A stretch of 64,000 bases of DNA from Cenococcum geophilum (taxonomy: Eukaryota), in assembly GCA_050273025.1 (NCBI GenBank), contig CP158636.1, positions 6,448,001-6,512,000 of the forward strand, written 5' to 3'. Shown in pieces: positions 1 to 12,312 of this stretch. Both the position numbers and the translations under genes were made by a program. Numbering within the stretch: position 1 is the stretch's first letter; each line of letters starts with the position of its first letter. The notes below the pieces were generated by a model. That model saw only the letters and a list, made by a program, of their open reading frames with translations, made no database searches and was not told the origin of the DNA.

Positions 1-1651
1 TATTAGCTTGCTAGAGCTATATAAATAACATAAGGGCACTACTAAAGACCCTCTATTAGGGCCTATTAAGCTAGATAATTAAGCGGACCAAGAGGACTAA
101 TATAAGGTAGAAGAAGTACGTAAAAGGAAGGGATATAACTAGACCCTATAGTACCTAGTTAAGTAAAAAGGCTGACTAGAAGAATATAATAAATAGGTCC
201 TAGTAGAGGACATTAATAAAGACGCAAAGGAGACGTATAATAGTTACTTTACCCCAAGGGGCAAACGGAAAAGAAAGTAGGTAGAAGAATAAAAAAACTT
301 TTAATTATAACCAAGGTTACGCCCTACTAGTAGGGCAACAACGGAATAACGGCGGAGCGATAGCAATACGCTAATAGAAATACAGATACTCTATAGCTCT
401 ATTAAATCCTCCCTCTCCTCCCCTTCTTCCTCATCCTCCTTACCCTTATCCTCCTCCTCTCCCTCCTCCTCATCCTCCTTACCCTTATCCTCCTCCTTAT
501 CCCTTACAATGGGAGGCATATTAGCCTATAGGTACTATTAGTATACGCTATAACAGCAAAACACCTACGCTATGACACGTACTAAAGTGCGTATTATGTT
601 AAGAATTCCTTTAAGAGTATAACAGATGGCCTATAATTCCTGCACTTAGAGTAGGGGAAAGTCTTCGCCCTTTAGGCGCTAGCGGAGACCGTGCTTAGCG
701 CTAGTACGCACTAAGGCCTTAATATCCTTTATAAAGGACTTCTAGGCGGCAGCAACGCAAGCATTAAGGTTAGCCGTGTCCCCGCTAGTAACCCGCTAGC
801 GCTTAGCCCTATTAATAAGGGCAAGTAGCTCGTTTAGGCGGCTATAAAAGGCCTTAGGGACCTAGTCTATTAGCTATTAGAACCTAAACCAACGCATTTA
901 GACGTACTAGTTAGCACAACTTATTTAATTATTAGCAGTACCCGCAATTACGGTTAGCCTACTTACCATAAGTAGCCCGCCCAGTAGTAGCTACACGCTT
1001 AGTATAACGGAGGTAGATTAGTTCTAGCAAAGCTAGGGAAGCAGCTTACGAGTGGCGTGGGAGCTTTAACGGCGCCTAGTAGGGTTAGCAACAGCTATAA
1101 GCTAGTATAAAGAATACTTATAGAAGACTCGCGAGCAGGCGAACTAACGGCTTAGCGCTTACGATTTATAATTAATTAGAAGTTATAAAGAAGGCGAGTC
1201 GTAGGCTAAATAAATTAAAATGGAATTAGAAGGGAAATCTAATATCCTACCTAGGTGGGAACTCCTACCTTTATAGATCTCTATAAGGTCCTATTATTAT
1301 ATTATCCTATTATTATATTACCCTATTGTTACATTATTTAATTCACTTAACTTTATTAAAAACTTTTTATTTAGAGAAGGGCAATAATAGCACTCCTATT
1401 ATATAATAGCGTCGGCTAAGGACAGCCGCTTAAGAAGGGGGGGGCAATTATTAGGCTATAAAGACGCACTGGCCGTAACCGGCTTAGCGCAGGCGAGGCG
1501 CAGGCGAGGCGCCTATAAAACGTAGTCGCCCCGCATCAGAGAACAGCAGAATTCAGTTCTATAGTTCTACTTCATCAAAAACCAGATACTCTTTACATCC
1601 CGCTACTATTATCACGTTACTACATGCCCTAAGGACCTTGGCGTCCTAACA
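1..1651 (+). mobile_element. 3' end of a RIP-mutated Gypsy/chromovirus LTR retrotransposon (family A): chromodomain, long 3' region, PPT, 3' LTR 1449-1651
   Basis: ~95-245 reads as a chromodomain after RIP reversal (Y(E)VEEVR...LVK(W)KG(WP)EEYN(EW)V(P)VEDI). PPT AAGAAGGGGGGGG at ~1432-1444. LTR starts TATTAGG (RIP of TGTTAGG) and ends CCTAACA. Directly abuts the RT region of a family-B element. Confidence 0.9.
391..1169 (-). pseudogene. RIP-inactivated, 4-exon antisense accessory gene inside Gypsy A; ~209 aa with a Cys6 zinc-cluster-like motif and an acidic C-terminal tail
   Basis: Exons 1169-1122, 1075-908, 861-583 and 525-391 are all multiples of 3. Introns are 46, 46 and 57 nt, with donors (G>A)TAAGT/GTACGT/GTACGT, branch sites GCTAAC/GCTAAT/ACTAAT and TAG acceptors. 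Internal stops are all TAA/TAG (RIP-mutated Gln codons). Reconstructed motif (C)LR(C)TKRVATTGRAT(C)GK(Q)ANRNCGYC(QQ)xNKxC(QP)VP. Confidence 0.75.
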
Positions 1652-4355
1652 TCTTTATATAGCTAAGCCTATTAAAGAGCTCGCTAACTAGCGGTAGGGG
1701 GTACTAATTTTTAATCGTGATCTTGTTTAGGCGTCTATAGTCGACGCATAGCCATATTATACTGTCTGCTTTCGGCATAAAGAGGATAGGCGCTCTAGTA
1801 GACGACTTGCTAGGCCTAATCTAGCCCTTTTTAAGAGCACTGTCTAGGTACTTTTATAAAATCTACAACTCTTTTTATAAGAGGTTATAGAGGGGTATTT
1901 ACGGTGGCGTCTTACCTTCTTCTAAGTCGATCGCATAGTTATACTTAGAGTTCTATAGTAGTATGCTTGCTAGCTCGTTAAAGAAGATATTAATTTCCTC
2001 CTTATATACCTCTAGTAGGCCAGGGGCTATGGAGGTCGAAGCGACTATTATATAGTAGTATACTTCCGGGAGCTAGTGGAGAGAAGGGTGCGGCCGATAT
2101 ACGTTTTATAGGTATACTCGCATAGAGAGTATATATAGCTCTACTGCAGTATACTTAATAGTTTTAGGGTTTCGATTACCTCCCCCTTACGTATAGGTGA
2201 TCTGTGCTGGCACCGGAGGGTCTCCACGGGTGCTTGCTACTAGTGACGGCAGGTCCTCTACTATATTTACAACCGGTATCTTTATATCTAGAGGGTCTAC
2301 ACGGGTACTTACTACTAGTAATAACAGGTCCTCTATTATATTTACGACCGGTATAAAGAAGGAGTCTTCTAGCTATAGTAAATAGACTATTTTACCAGCC
2401 TTAATATCTGCTAGAAGAGTGTTAAGGGTAACTATCTAAAGGCGTTTAGGGTCTAAAGTACTTTAGATAAACTGTCTAGAATGGAAGCTAATTAATAGAT
2501 CTGCTTCCGCAAGCTAATCCTATTTAAAAACTATATCGTAACCATTAAATAAGCCGCCCTAAAAGGTCTATAGGCTAATAATGCGAGAGGTACCCTAGGA
2601 GTCGCTAGTAGTAACTATTAGATTATAAGCATCCCAGATTGTTATCTGGTTGCTATTAAGGAAATATACAATAGGTTTATATAAACGTAGCGCGTAGCGT
2701 ATAGGCAGGTTAAACCTATAGACGATATCTTGATTAATAAGGTTAATTTGGCACCCATTATTATATAAAGCACGTAGGCGGACTTCGCCCTAGGGTGTAT
2801 CTATTGCAATATATACTATAATACGTTTCTTCTCTCCCTTTATATTAGGCCCTAGTTATAGTTAAGAGAGATACGCTACTAGGGCTTTAGGTTTTCCGAA
2901 GCCCGAGCTAACTTCTCCTTATTAGCCTGCTTCTAGTATTCCTTATAGTAGCCGCCTGCGGTCCTTTAACTCGCCTATATAGTACCGATGTCTAGGGGGT
3001 CCCCTAAGCCATCTGGCTTTTAGGTAGTCTCCCTAGGAGTTTACTTAGAAAAGCGTCGCCCTTTTTAGGTTCTGTTCCCTAAGCCTAACTCTATAGAGCC
3101 TATACTGCGACCGCGCTTTATACGCAATAATTTGCCGCTGCTACTTATATAATCTTCCGCGAGCTTTATAATATTAAGCAATTACTCTACACAGCGGATT
3201 TTGTTAAAGAGGTCTTTAGTAGTTCTTACCTATTAGGCGAAGTTCTAGCAGAAGAGCTCTGCTTATAGGTGGGCTAGAAGATATAAGAACTAAAAGTCTA
3301 CCTGTTATTTAGGATTAATAAAAGGGGTATATAAGAAGAGGTCCTCTAAGCTATATATACGGGCTAGGAAGATATCAAACCTTTAGTTCTCCTTTATAAC
3401 AGCCATATAGTATATTATAGCGTTATTAAAGCGTCTTACTATAGGGTTCCTAATCTAGTCTTGGACCATAGTCTTAAATTCGTCCTATAGTAAAGGACCC
3501 TTATCCTTAGTGCCTAGCCGGCAATAAACTAGTTAGGTAATTGTCTTCTCTTTTATAAGACCTTTAATAGCCCAGCGCGTGCGTCACTTACAGTCGTAGT
3601 CGGCGTTATTAACCTTGAATTAGTTCTTAACTGCGGCAATCCACCAGTTGAAATGCTGTTAAGTAGTACCGCTAATATTAGGTAGTAACTTCTTGACTAG
3701 GGCGTCGAGATTTATTTAGCGTATGCGTTCGCTATATAACTTATGCTCTTTACTAGAGAGGCGACAGGAGGGCTTTATTAAATTAATAATGCTCTATAAG
3801 TTGGCTATTTTCTTAGCCAGCTTATCTAGCTCCTTTATATTAGCGGTATTAGGTAAGACGCTAATAACCTTACTAAGCTCCTATTAAGCCCAGGTATATA
3901 AGTTAAACTAGTTTTTAGCGTTTATAGATATCTAATCGTTTTAAGGTTTAGAAGGTGGCTTAGATTCTATTAGTATGCTTCTAGTGGTTTCGTCTATACT
4001 AGATCCTAAGGCGTTCTGCGGTCGCATCGCCAGCGTATTACTATTGGGTATAGGCGTCGGTTTTCTTTTTAGAGGCATTATAGGAAAATTAAACCGGCTA
4101 TCCTCCTAAGGGGATTGGTAAGGATTTGAATATAAGGTAAGGATGTAGATAGGGAGTCTAATAATAGAACAATAGGTATATTATATAGATAGAGACGAAT
4201 CCTTAAGGGAAAAGGAGGAGTCTATATATGAGGTAGGAAGGGTTTTCCCTAGGTACGTGTAGCGCACGTGCCTTACGGGCGAGTCACCCCTGGGTTGCCC
4301 TAGGGTCGCCCGTACCTTACGGCTATATAACTATCTACTTAGGTTTCACCTAACA
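1652..4355 (-). mobile_element. 5' part of Gypsy family B (5' LTR 4131-4355, gag, protease, start of RT), interrupted by Gypsy A
   Basis: Colinear near-copy of ~54955-57654, differing mostly by RIP transitions. The 225-bp LTR matches 57430-57654. RT motifs ([21 protein letters not shown]) at ~1690-1800. Confidence 0.92.
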
Positions 4356-6657
4356 GAAAGAGCCTAATATTAAAAGTAGTAAGTAATAAGATTTAAGCTC
4401 TAAAGATGACTTAGCTCTAGGGCTTTTTACCCTAAATAAGATATTAGAACCTAACTTACCGGAGCCTTTACTATTATTCTTAAATACCTTAGTAAAGAAG
4501 CCGCACTATATCCTAGTTTTAACTAATAAAGCTAAGCTAAAGAAGAAGATTAATGGCGATATAGGAGAGTAAAATGTAGTTAAAGGAAAGAGACTTAAAG
4601 GATAATTAAAGATCTATATAGGCTTTCTTACTAATATTACCGACTAGAGCCTTCTAGCTTAAAGATTAGCCTTTAATATAGAGCTTACATTTTACAAAAA
4701 GCTACACTATAATTAGCTCCTACCGCTACCTAGGAATTAGAAGGAGCTTTAAAAACATTAATATAAGGAAGAGTTTGCGGCTGCTACCTAAAAAGAATAT
4801 ACGGACCTTTAAAATTAAGGAACGTTTTAAGTTGTTAATAAGACAATTTATACCAAAACAGTACCTATTATCTGGGTATTTATATATAAGACTAATATTA
4901 ACGGATATCTAACGAGGTTTAAAGCTCGTTTTTATATATAAGGTAATTTATAAAAGTTAGTTTATAAGAATACCTATACCATAACTTTAGCAGTAAGATT
5001 GTTTAGAGCCTTAATAGCTATTATTGCAATATTTAACCTAGACTGCTAGTAAGGCGACGCTGTTAATATATTCGTAAATAGTATAATTAACAAAGTTATA
5101 TACGTTAAGTATTTAGATAGATTTCTAATTAAGGGCAAGTGCCTACTTCTCTAAAGAGCGCTCTATAGATTAAGGCGATTACCTCTACTATAGCACGGTA
5201 ACTTAATAATAACGCTAAAAAAGGAAGGCTTAAAGCTAGTAGCGGAGGAGCCTTGCCTATATTATAACGAGTAGCTAATAGTCTTCTTCTACGTCAATAA
5301 TATTACAGCTATATTTAGGAAGAAAGACCTACTTAAGCTCTAAATCTTTAAGGAGCACCTTATAAGAAAGTACGAGATAAAGGACCTAGGTAACCTCACC
5401 TAGTTCTTAGGAATTTAAATTATCCATAATAGAAAGAATAAGAAGCTCTAGCTTAGCTAGGATTCCTATATTAACAAAATTGCGATAAGCTTTAAAGTTA
5501 AAAATTATCGCAAGATATATACACTAATAGGTATTAAGGAACTTAAGCTTAATCCAGAGTAAGCCTCTAAGTAGGATACCTATGCCTATTAGAGGAAAGT
5601 TAGATCTATACTCTATATAGCTAATATTACTTATCTAGATATAGTAAGAACAGTAAGTAAGCTATTAGAATTCTTATAAAATCTGTTACTAATTCATAAC
5701 GTAGCTGCTATAAGGGCAATTACCTACCTTAATTAAACCAAGACTTTTGCGATTAAGTACTTAAAGGAGAATATAATAAACTAGATCTTTATAAAGGCAA
5801 GTAACGCGTTATTTAGCAATAATCTAGTAAGCAGAAAAAGCACAGAAGGCTATCTATTTACCTTATTTAGGGGACTAATTAACTAGCAATCTACGAAGCA
5901 GAAGTTAGTAACAAAATTAAGTATAAAAGTAGAGCTCTTAGCCCTGTCACATGCAGCTACTAAGTTAATTTAGTGGCAGCGATTCTTTAAAGAAATTGGA
6001 TTTAACCCTAATAAGAAGCAAATAATATATTACGATAACTTATAGACTATTTAACTACTAACTAAAATCAATGCGGAGCTTAATACTAAGTTTTAACACG
6101 TTAATATCTATCACTACTAGCTCCGCCAGAAAGTTTGTAAAGAAAGCATTAATATTAAATGGGTGCCTACTGCAGACATAATAGCAGACGGCCTAACAAA
6201 GGCCCTGCGTCGTTAAAAGCATAAGACGTTTATTCAGCAATTAAACCTCATTAATATTAAGGATCTAATTTAATTTAATTTAAATAATATTTGGGTAAAG
6301 TAAATATATGGAGGATTTCCTTTAACTTAACACCAAATTGCTATTATGACTTTTTAGTATTTCTACAGCAGCCTAGAAGGCTCTGTGCAGCTGGGTGTGT
6401 CGACCTGAATCGAAGTTCCTTACTACTATTGTAATACTGTCTGACGACCTAGATCGTCTATACGAACTATGTCTCAGTTGTCTCGTATCTTAAGCTCGTA
6501 TGTCTCATCGAACGTCTCATTACCTGTTTCTCTTAACTATGACCTACTACATGACGACGTCGTCGTCATTGTATTTGGACCTACCTGATGTATATAAGAG
6601 AGCTTCTAGAGCCCTCTTTAATAAACAGAGTTCTCATTCCTGATCGTCCGTTCAACA
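4356..6657 (+). mobile_element. 3' part of a Copia LTR retrotransposon (RT, RNase H, probable 3' LTR ~6398-6657)
   Basis: De-RIPed motifs RFKARF, LY(G)LRR(S)PLL, FFYV(DD)I (~5284-5304), RKSTEGY and ADGLTKAL (~6184-6207). LTR-like segment TGTCGA...TCAACA with TATATAA and AATAAA. Confidence 0.88.
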
Positions 6658-7454
6658 ATACGCCTAAAACGGCGATAAGCGAAGAAACTGAAACGGGATG
6701 CAAGAAGCGTCTCCACTGCGCTGGTAATTGCAGTGCAGTAAGGTAGGCAAGTATGTTGAATGAGAGCTGGATGGGCGTGGGAATGCCTTCGTCATGGGCA
6801 CCCAATTCTTCGACTCTTTCGGTCATTGCTCTTTTGGACACTCCCAAAACAAGTTGTAGCCCGCGGACAAGGTACGCTGTAAATATCATCATGGGAAAGC
6901 AGCCAACGACTGTTTTTGAATTAGCAGAGTTATGAATAGAAGAAATGAATAAAACCGACCCAATACACCAATGATCTTCGCCATCTCGATTCCAGCAATG
7001 GATGAGCTGAGCGGAAGAAAAACGAAAGATGGCGAGCAAAGAATGTCAATATACTGAAGGGCAAACCCACCCTGTATCTCCATGAGCCTATCTCTTAATG
7101 AGGGTATGTGTTTGATAGTACCGGAATCTCTAACACATATACAACTCTCGTTTTTCTACCACCAAGTAATGACTCACAGCATATCAAGTAAAGAAAAGGA
7201 TAATCATGCAAGCTACAGAGGCAGGAAATGACACAGAACTCAGTCCTATGAGAAAGTCGACTCCAAAACATTCAAGATGATCGTAATTCCAGAAGGCACA
7301 TAGTCATGCTACGACCATTCGTTGCCATGATGAGGGAGCAACCTGGAATAATAGATTAGCTCAACCTTCTTAAATACTTGCTGTGGTGTGCTCTAACCAA
7401 GCCAACCGCTCTAGCAGCACCTTGTAAGGTTGTCTGGCTTTGGAGGCTGGGCAT
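6658..7454 (-). pseudogene. Decayed LrgB-like (CidB/LrgB family) membrane protein gene, 3'-truncated at the Copia LTR
   Basis: Spliced reading MPSLQ...SWQRMVVA*..YVP..CFGVDFLIGLSSVSFPASVACMIILFF..GGFALQYIDILCSPSFVFLPLS..EMAKIIGVLVVG..FTAYLVRGLQLVLGVSKRAMTERVEELG..LSFNILAYLTALQLPAQWRRFLHPV resembles fungal LrgB-like proteins as I recall them. Intron 6910-6959 plus two upstream introns. Stop codon and frameshifts present. Confidence 0.65.
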
Positions 7455-7707
7455 CACAGCAGTAGATATTGTATATTTGTTGGAGTCATTTTCGGTGGAG
7501 GATCCTCACCGTTGAACTCCTTTACGGGAAAGTTCGGGCTCACGGAAGAGGCAAAACGCCAACCAGATCTGCTGACTAAAATATCTTACACAGCATAAAG
7601 AACACGGTCTCCCAAATAATCGCCCAATTGACATTCCCAGGGAACATCCCCACCAACATTTTTCCTAACCTTTCGCCGTTCGCAAACTTCTGCGCCAGGT
7701 CTTCATC

Positions 7708-9418
7708 ATGGCTTTGGCAACGAAGACCCAGTCGCAGAAGATTTTTGAGAAATTGAAGTCCAAGCCCGCTAACAAGGTCCGTTGCCCCACCGTCCACACC
7801 GTATCCCTTTCGGAGCGCTGCTAACATGTTAATGGGGGTGTAGATATGTTTTGACTGCGGCGCAAAGAACCCAACATGGTCTTCCGTACCATTCGGTATT
7901 TATCTATGTCTAGACTGCTCAGCAAACCACCGGAATATGGGAGTACACATCTCCTTTGTGCGGTCAACAAATCTAGATAGTATGTGGACTTGATTAGTGC
8001 ACCTGGGGGCAATAGCTGACGTGAAGGTGTAGTCTGGCAATGGGATCAACTGCGAATTATGAAAGTCGGCGGGAACGAGTCTGCTACAAAGTACTTCCAA
8101 ACTCACGGCGGTTCAGCTGCGTTAGCTAGTAAAGATCCTAAAGCGAAATATACCTCGAACGCCGCTACGAAATACAAGGAGGAGCTCTCGAGGAGGGTAG
8201 CAATAGATGCAAAACAGTATGCAACCCATTACCCAATTTATACATATGCTTTCATAGCATATGTTATATCATCATACCTAACACCTACTAGATACCCAGA
8301 GGAAGTAGTTATCACCGACATCCCCGAAACAGACTCAGGCGACGGCACCAGCACGCCTGGCGAAACTGACGACGACTTCTTCTCCTCCTGGGATAAGCCA
8401 ACCATTAAGCGTCCCTCGAATCCACCCTCCCGCGCCGGCACGCCCCTAAGCGGCTCTCGCACCGCATCCCCCTTCCTCAACGCACCCGCAAACGGCAACG
8501 GCATCGCTCGACCCAAATCCCCACTCTCAGGCGGCCCCGAATCTACCCCAGCTGCCCCACCCGCCTCCCGCACGACGTCCTCGTCCGCAATCAGGAAAAC
8601 GACAACGGGCACTGCCCCACGCAAGACCAACATCCTCGGCGCAAAGAAGACCAAGCTGGGCGCCAAAAAACTGACGCCCACAGACAGCGGCTTAGACTTC
8701 GAAGCCGCGGAGCGCAAGGCGCGCGAAGAAGCCGAGCGCATCGAGAAACTCGGGTACGACCCCGAAGCCGAGAAGGCAGCGGATGCGGCGGCGAAGAAGG
8801 GAAAGGCAGCGTCGGCTGAGACAGCCGGCATCGTATCTCCCACGCCCGTCAGCCCGCCGCGCGCCGGCTTCGGCGCGACCAAGCCTGAAAGGAGCAGCGC
8901 GGAGATGGAGCGGTTAGGCATGGGGATAGGCAGGCTGGGGTTCGGGCAGGTAGGCGGCGCAAAGCCGGCCACGGCACCGAGGAAGATGGGCGGGTTTGGG
9001 AGCACGAGTCGAGCCGTCGAAGGTATATCTCTCCACCCCTATACAACTCTGTGCCCGTACTAATACCCCGCTTCCCGCAGACGACTCAGAGAAGTACGCG
9101 CGCCAAAAATTCGGCGCCCAGAAATCCATTTCCTCGGACGAGTTCTTCGGTCGCGCCGCCTATGACCCGTCTGCCTCAGCAGCTGCGAAAGAGCGTCTGC
9201 AGGGCTTTGAAGGCGCTACCTCCATCTCGTCCAACGCCTATTTCGGCCGCCCGGAAGATGAGCCCGAGGACGACTACGGTGACCTCGAGGGCGCGGCTAA
9301 GGACTTCGTGCGCAGGTTCGGCCTTACTGCTGGTGATGATATCGAGAATATGGCGCAGTTGGTCGGCGATGGTGCGTCGCGGTTGCGCGGCGCGATTATG
9401 AATTACTTGAATAGTTAG
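7708..9418 (+). CDS. GLO3: ADP-ribosylation factor GTPase-activating protein (Glo3-type ArfGAP), 5 exons
   Basis: Exons 7708-7776, 7844-7979, 8033-8216, 8292-9022, 9081-9418. ArfGAP zinc finger [40 protein letters not shown]. Glo3 C-terminal motifs KSISSDEFF and SISSNAYF. Confidence 0.93.
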
Positions 9419-9955
9419 GGGGAGAAGCGTGCCGGGTGAGTAGGTTTAATGAAGTTAAGTGAAGCTACGAGGGGTAAAGCCGGAGATTAAGAGTTTCTTG
9501 TGTGAAGTGGCGGAAAATTGGGCGATGCGGTGAGCGCGGTGGCTGAGATATATATCAGGGTGGCTAGGCTGTGCTTGGGTTAACTTAAACCTCAAAAACC
9601 CGTTCCCTTACGCTTTTCCATTTGCTGGGCGGGCGGGGGCGGGGGAACGGGGGGGTGTTTGGATAACTGGGTCTAGGAAATCAGCATAGAAAATATATCA
9701 TCAAATCGAGAGTTATTCTATAATGAACCACCATGACACCTCAAAGCCCGTTTCCACCGTAACTAGAAAAGTGTCCTTATGATACCTCCCTTTTGGAAAG
9801 GTCGCGCAATGCTAACCCTTTGGCCCTAAACGCCGTAGCACCGATTTTATTCCAAATGTCAAATATTGCTCCTGGTTGGAAGCATTGACTATAACAGCAC
9901 ACATAACCGGCAAATATTTACTCAACAACGCGCAGCTTCCGTATAGTCGAAGTCG

Positions 9956-11584
9956 CTACGAAGACGTCGACGCGACTTCTGAACTCTGCGCTAGTTCCTT
10001 TCCTTGGGTCGAGTCTTCATCGCTTTCTCCGCCAATTCTCTTGTCTGCACTTATAGCTTTAAAGCCGTCTACAGTCACTGTTACAGCACCTGCTTGAACG
10101 AGCTAAACTACAATGTCAGCAATAGTTCATGAAACTCAAATTTTATCTCAATCGAATGAGAAAACGATAATAATAGGGAAGACTAACCGCTCGGCTCAAA
10201 TCGTCAATCAAATCATCGACATCCTCAATCCCAACACACAACCTAATTATATCCTCCGGTAGCTGCCGCTCTGCGCGCGTCATTGCGTCAATGCTCGCAT
10301 GACTCATACGGCATGGCATGCTGATCAGGGAATTAACGCAGCCGAAACTGACGCTGATCGCCCACAGCCGCGCGCTCTCCACAATCCGCTCGGAAATACT
10401 GATATCACCGGTTTCGAAGGACAGGACGGCGCCCGCACCACGTGCCATGCTCCAGTGGAGATCGTATTGTGGGTGCGAGCGCAGACCGGGGTAACGCACT
10501 TTGAAGCCGTGGGATTCGAGGAATGTGGCAATTCGTTGTGCGTTGGCTTGCTGCTTTTCCATCCGCACGCCGAGCGTCTTGATTCCCCGCAGTAGCAGCC
10601 AGGAGTCGAAGGGAGATAGTCCGCACCCGGATGCGTTGATTGTAAAATAGAGCTTGTCGCCTAGTGTAGGGTCGTTTATGGCAATGACTCCCGCCATAAG
10701 ATCGTGGTGTCCCGATAGGTATTTTGTCCCCGACTCGTACACAATGTCGGCGCCTAGGTCTAATGGGTTCTGAAGAAGTGGGGAGAGCATTGTGTTATCG
10801 ACAGCAATGATGGTGGAGGTGTTTGCGGCGTGTGCGATTTCTGAGATTCGGGGTATATCAACGACTTTAATTAGAGGGTTTGTAGGGGTTTCAAGAAGTA
10901 CCATGGCGGTTTTGGAGTTTACGACAGTCCGTACGCATTCTGGGTTTGTGGTATCGACATGATGAACAATGATGCCGCCGTTCGTAGCAAGGTACTTCAG
11001 TAGGCGGTTTGTGCCACCGTAAAGGTCGTCTCCTGTTACTACTTCATCACCTGGACGTAGAAGGCGGGTTATAACATCCAGAGCGCCCATGCCAGACGAA
11101 ACGACGAGAGCACGTGTCGCATTCATGATTTTGGCTAGATGTCGTTCGAGGTGCGTACGAGTAGGGTTTCCAGACCGTGTATAGTCATACTCGCCTGCAC
11201 CACCAGTTGCGGACTCTTGCTTGAAGGTTGCGGACTATGGACAAGGTGAGTCAGTGATGTTCAGACCATATAGAAACAACTTCAGCGTCCTCTCTGAACA
11301 GCCTAACCGCTAGGCTTGATTCTATGTCGACTAATAGATTGGTCAGGAGAGTTACACACCTGGTATATAGGTACACTGCTCGCATTGTATTGGTCATTCC
11401 CCTCTGTATACACTAATTCCGTAGCCAGGGCGTATTTTCTGCCATTTCGTGGGCTCGAGGGAGCAGGTGAGGGAGGTAAGTCGTGTCCGTCGAGGTCTAT
11501 ATTACGGAAGGCTTTCCCTAAGCCATTGAGCTTTCCCTTGGAACTCTCTGGAGCTGGTGAGGAGGAGCCGGAAGACATGGTCAT
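9956..11584 (-). CDS. STR3: Cystathionine beta-lyase (Cys/Met metabolism PLP enzyme), 3 exons
   Basis: Exons 11584-11360, 11234-10188, 10102-9956. Motifs YDYTRSGNPTR, SSGMGA, ETPTNP and the PLP-lysine motif ESGTKYLSGHHDLMAG. Start may instead be the second Met at 11578. Confidence 0.9.
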
Positions 11585-12312
11585 AGTATTAGGTGATGAA
11601 ATTGCGGAGTAGGGGCAATTCCTTTATTCGAGATGCGGCACAGGATACAATACAGAATTTTTAAAACTCAGAGTAGAATACAGCAGAGGGTACGAATATA
11701 GGATTGTTCGGAGTAAAATAGATGTTGGTCATTTGTGGGTGAAGGATGCAGGCACGTATAAGCAGAAGGCCGATTCTGGAGTCACCACTCGAATTGCGCC
11801 ATCGACTCCCTTTCGGCTGAAGATCGGTTGGTGCCCCGACCTCCGCCAGCGCGATTAATAAAATCACTCTTTTGTCAGCTGCCTCAATTGCAGACGGTCA
11901 TGATGGTCAACAGTGTTTGGATTGAAAAAATTCCCGTCTCTTCCTAGCGGGCTAGATTATCTGTGGAGGGGGGACTTTACGTGACTTCATCACCAAAGTT
12001 TGAACAAAGTCTTGAAAACCCCGCAACAGCAAATAGAGAATAATATACTTATACTGACTACACTTTTCGCCTGACCATGGTATTGCTAGATAGATACAGT
12101 CATCGCCATAGCCAGAAAATGTGCAAGAAACCTTCGCTCAACGGCATTGTTCCTGACACCTGCTAGCCGTACCCCGGAATCCTATGTTATCGCTTGAAAG
12201 CCATAGGGGGCCGAAATCCACTCGGGGGAAGGTCAAATCTCCAAAATACGAGATGCAAGAATTATTAATCAAAGATACCGCCGGTCAGTCCAAGTTATAG
12301 TTCCTTGCCCCC

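Noticed and set aside
6581..7039. 152-aa ORF as an intact gene
   Set aside because: It runs through an intron and into the Copia LTR; it is part of the LrgB-like pseudogene.
8238..9005. 255-aa antisense ORF and other ORFs overlapping GLO3, STR3, the DUF2415 gene and SSC1
   Set aside because: Shadow frames of GC-rich real exons with no independent motifs.
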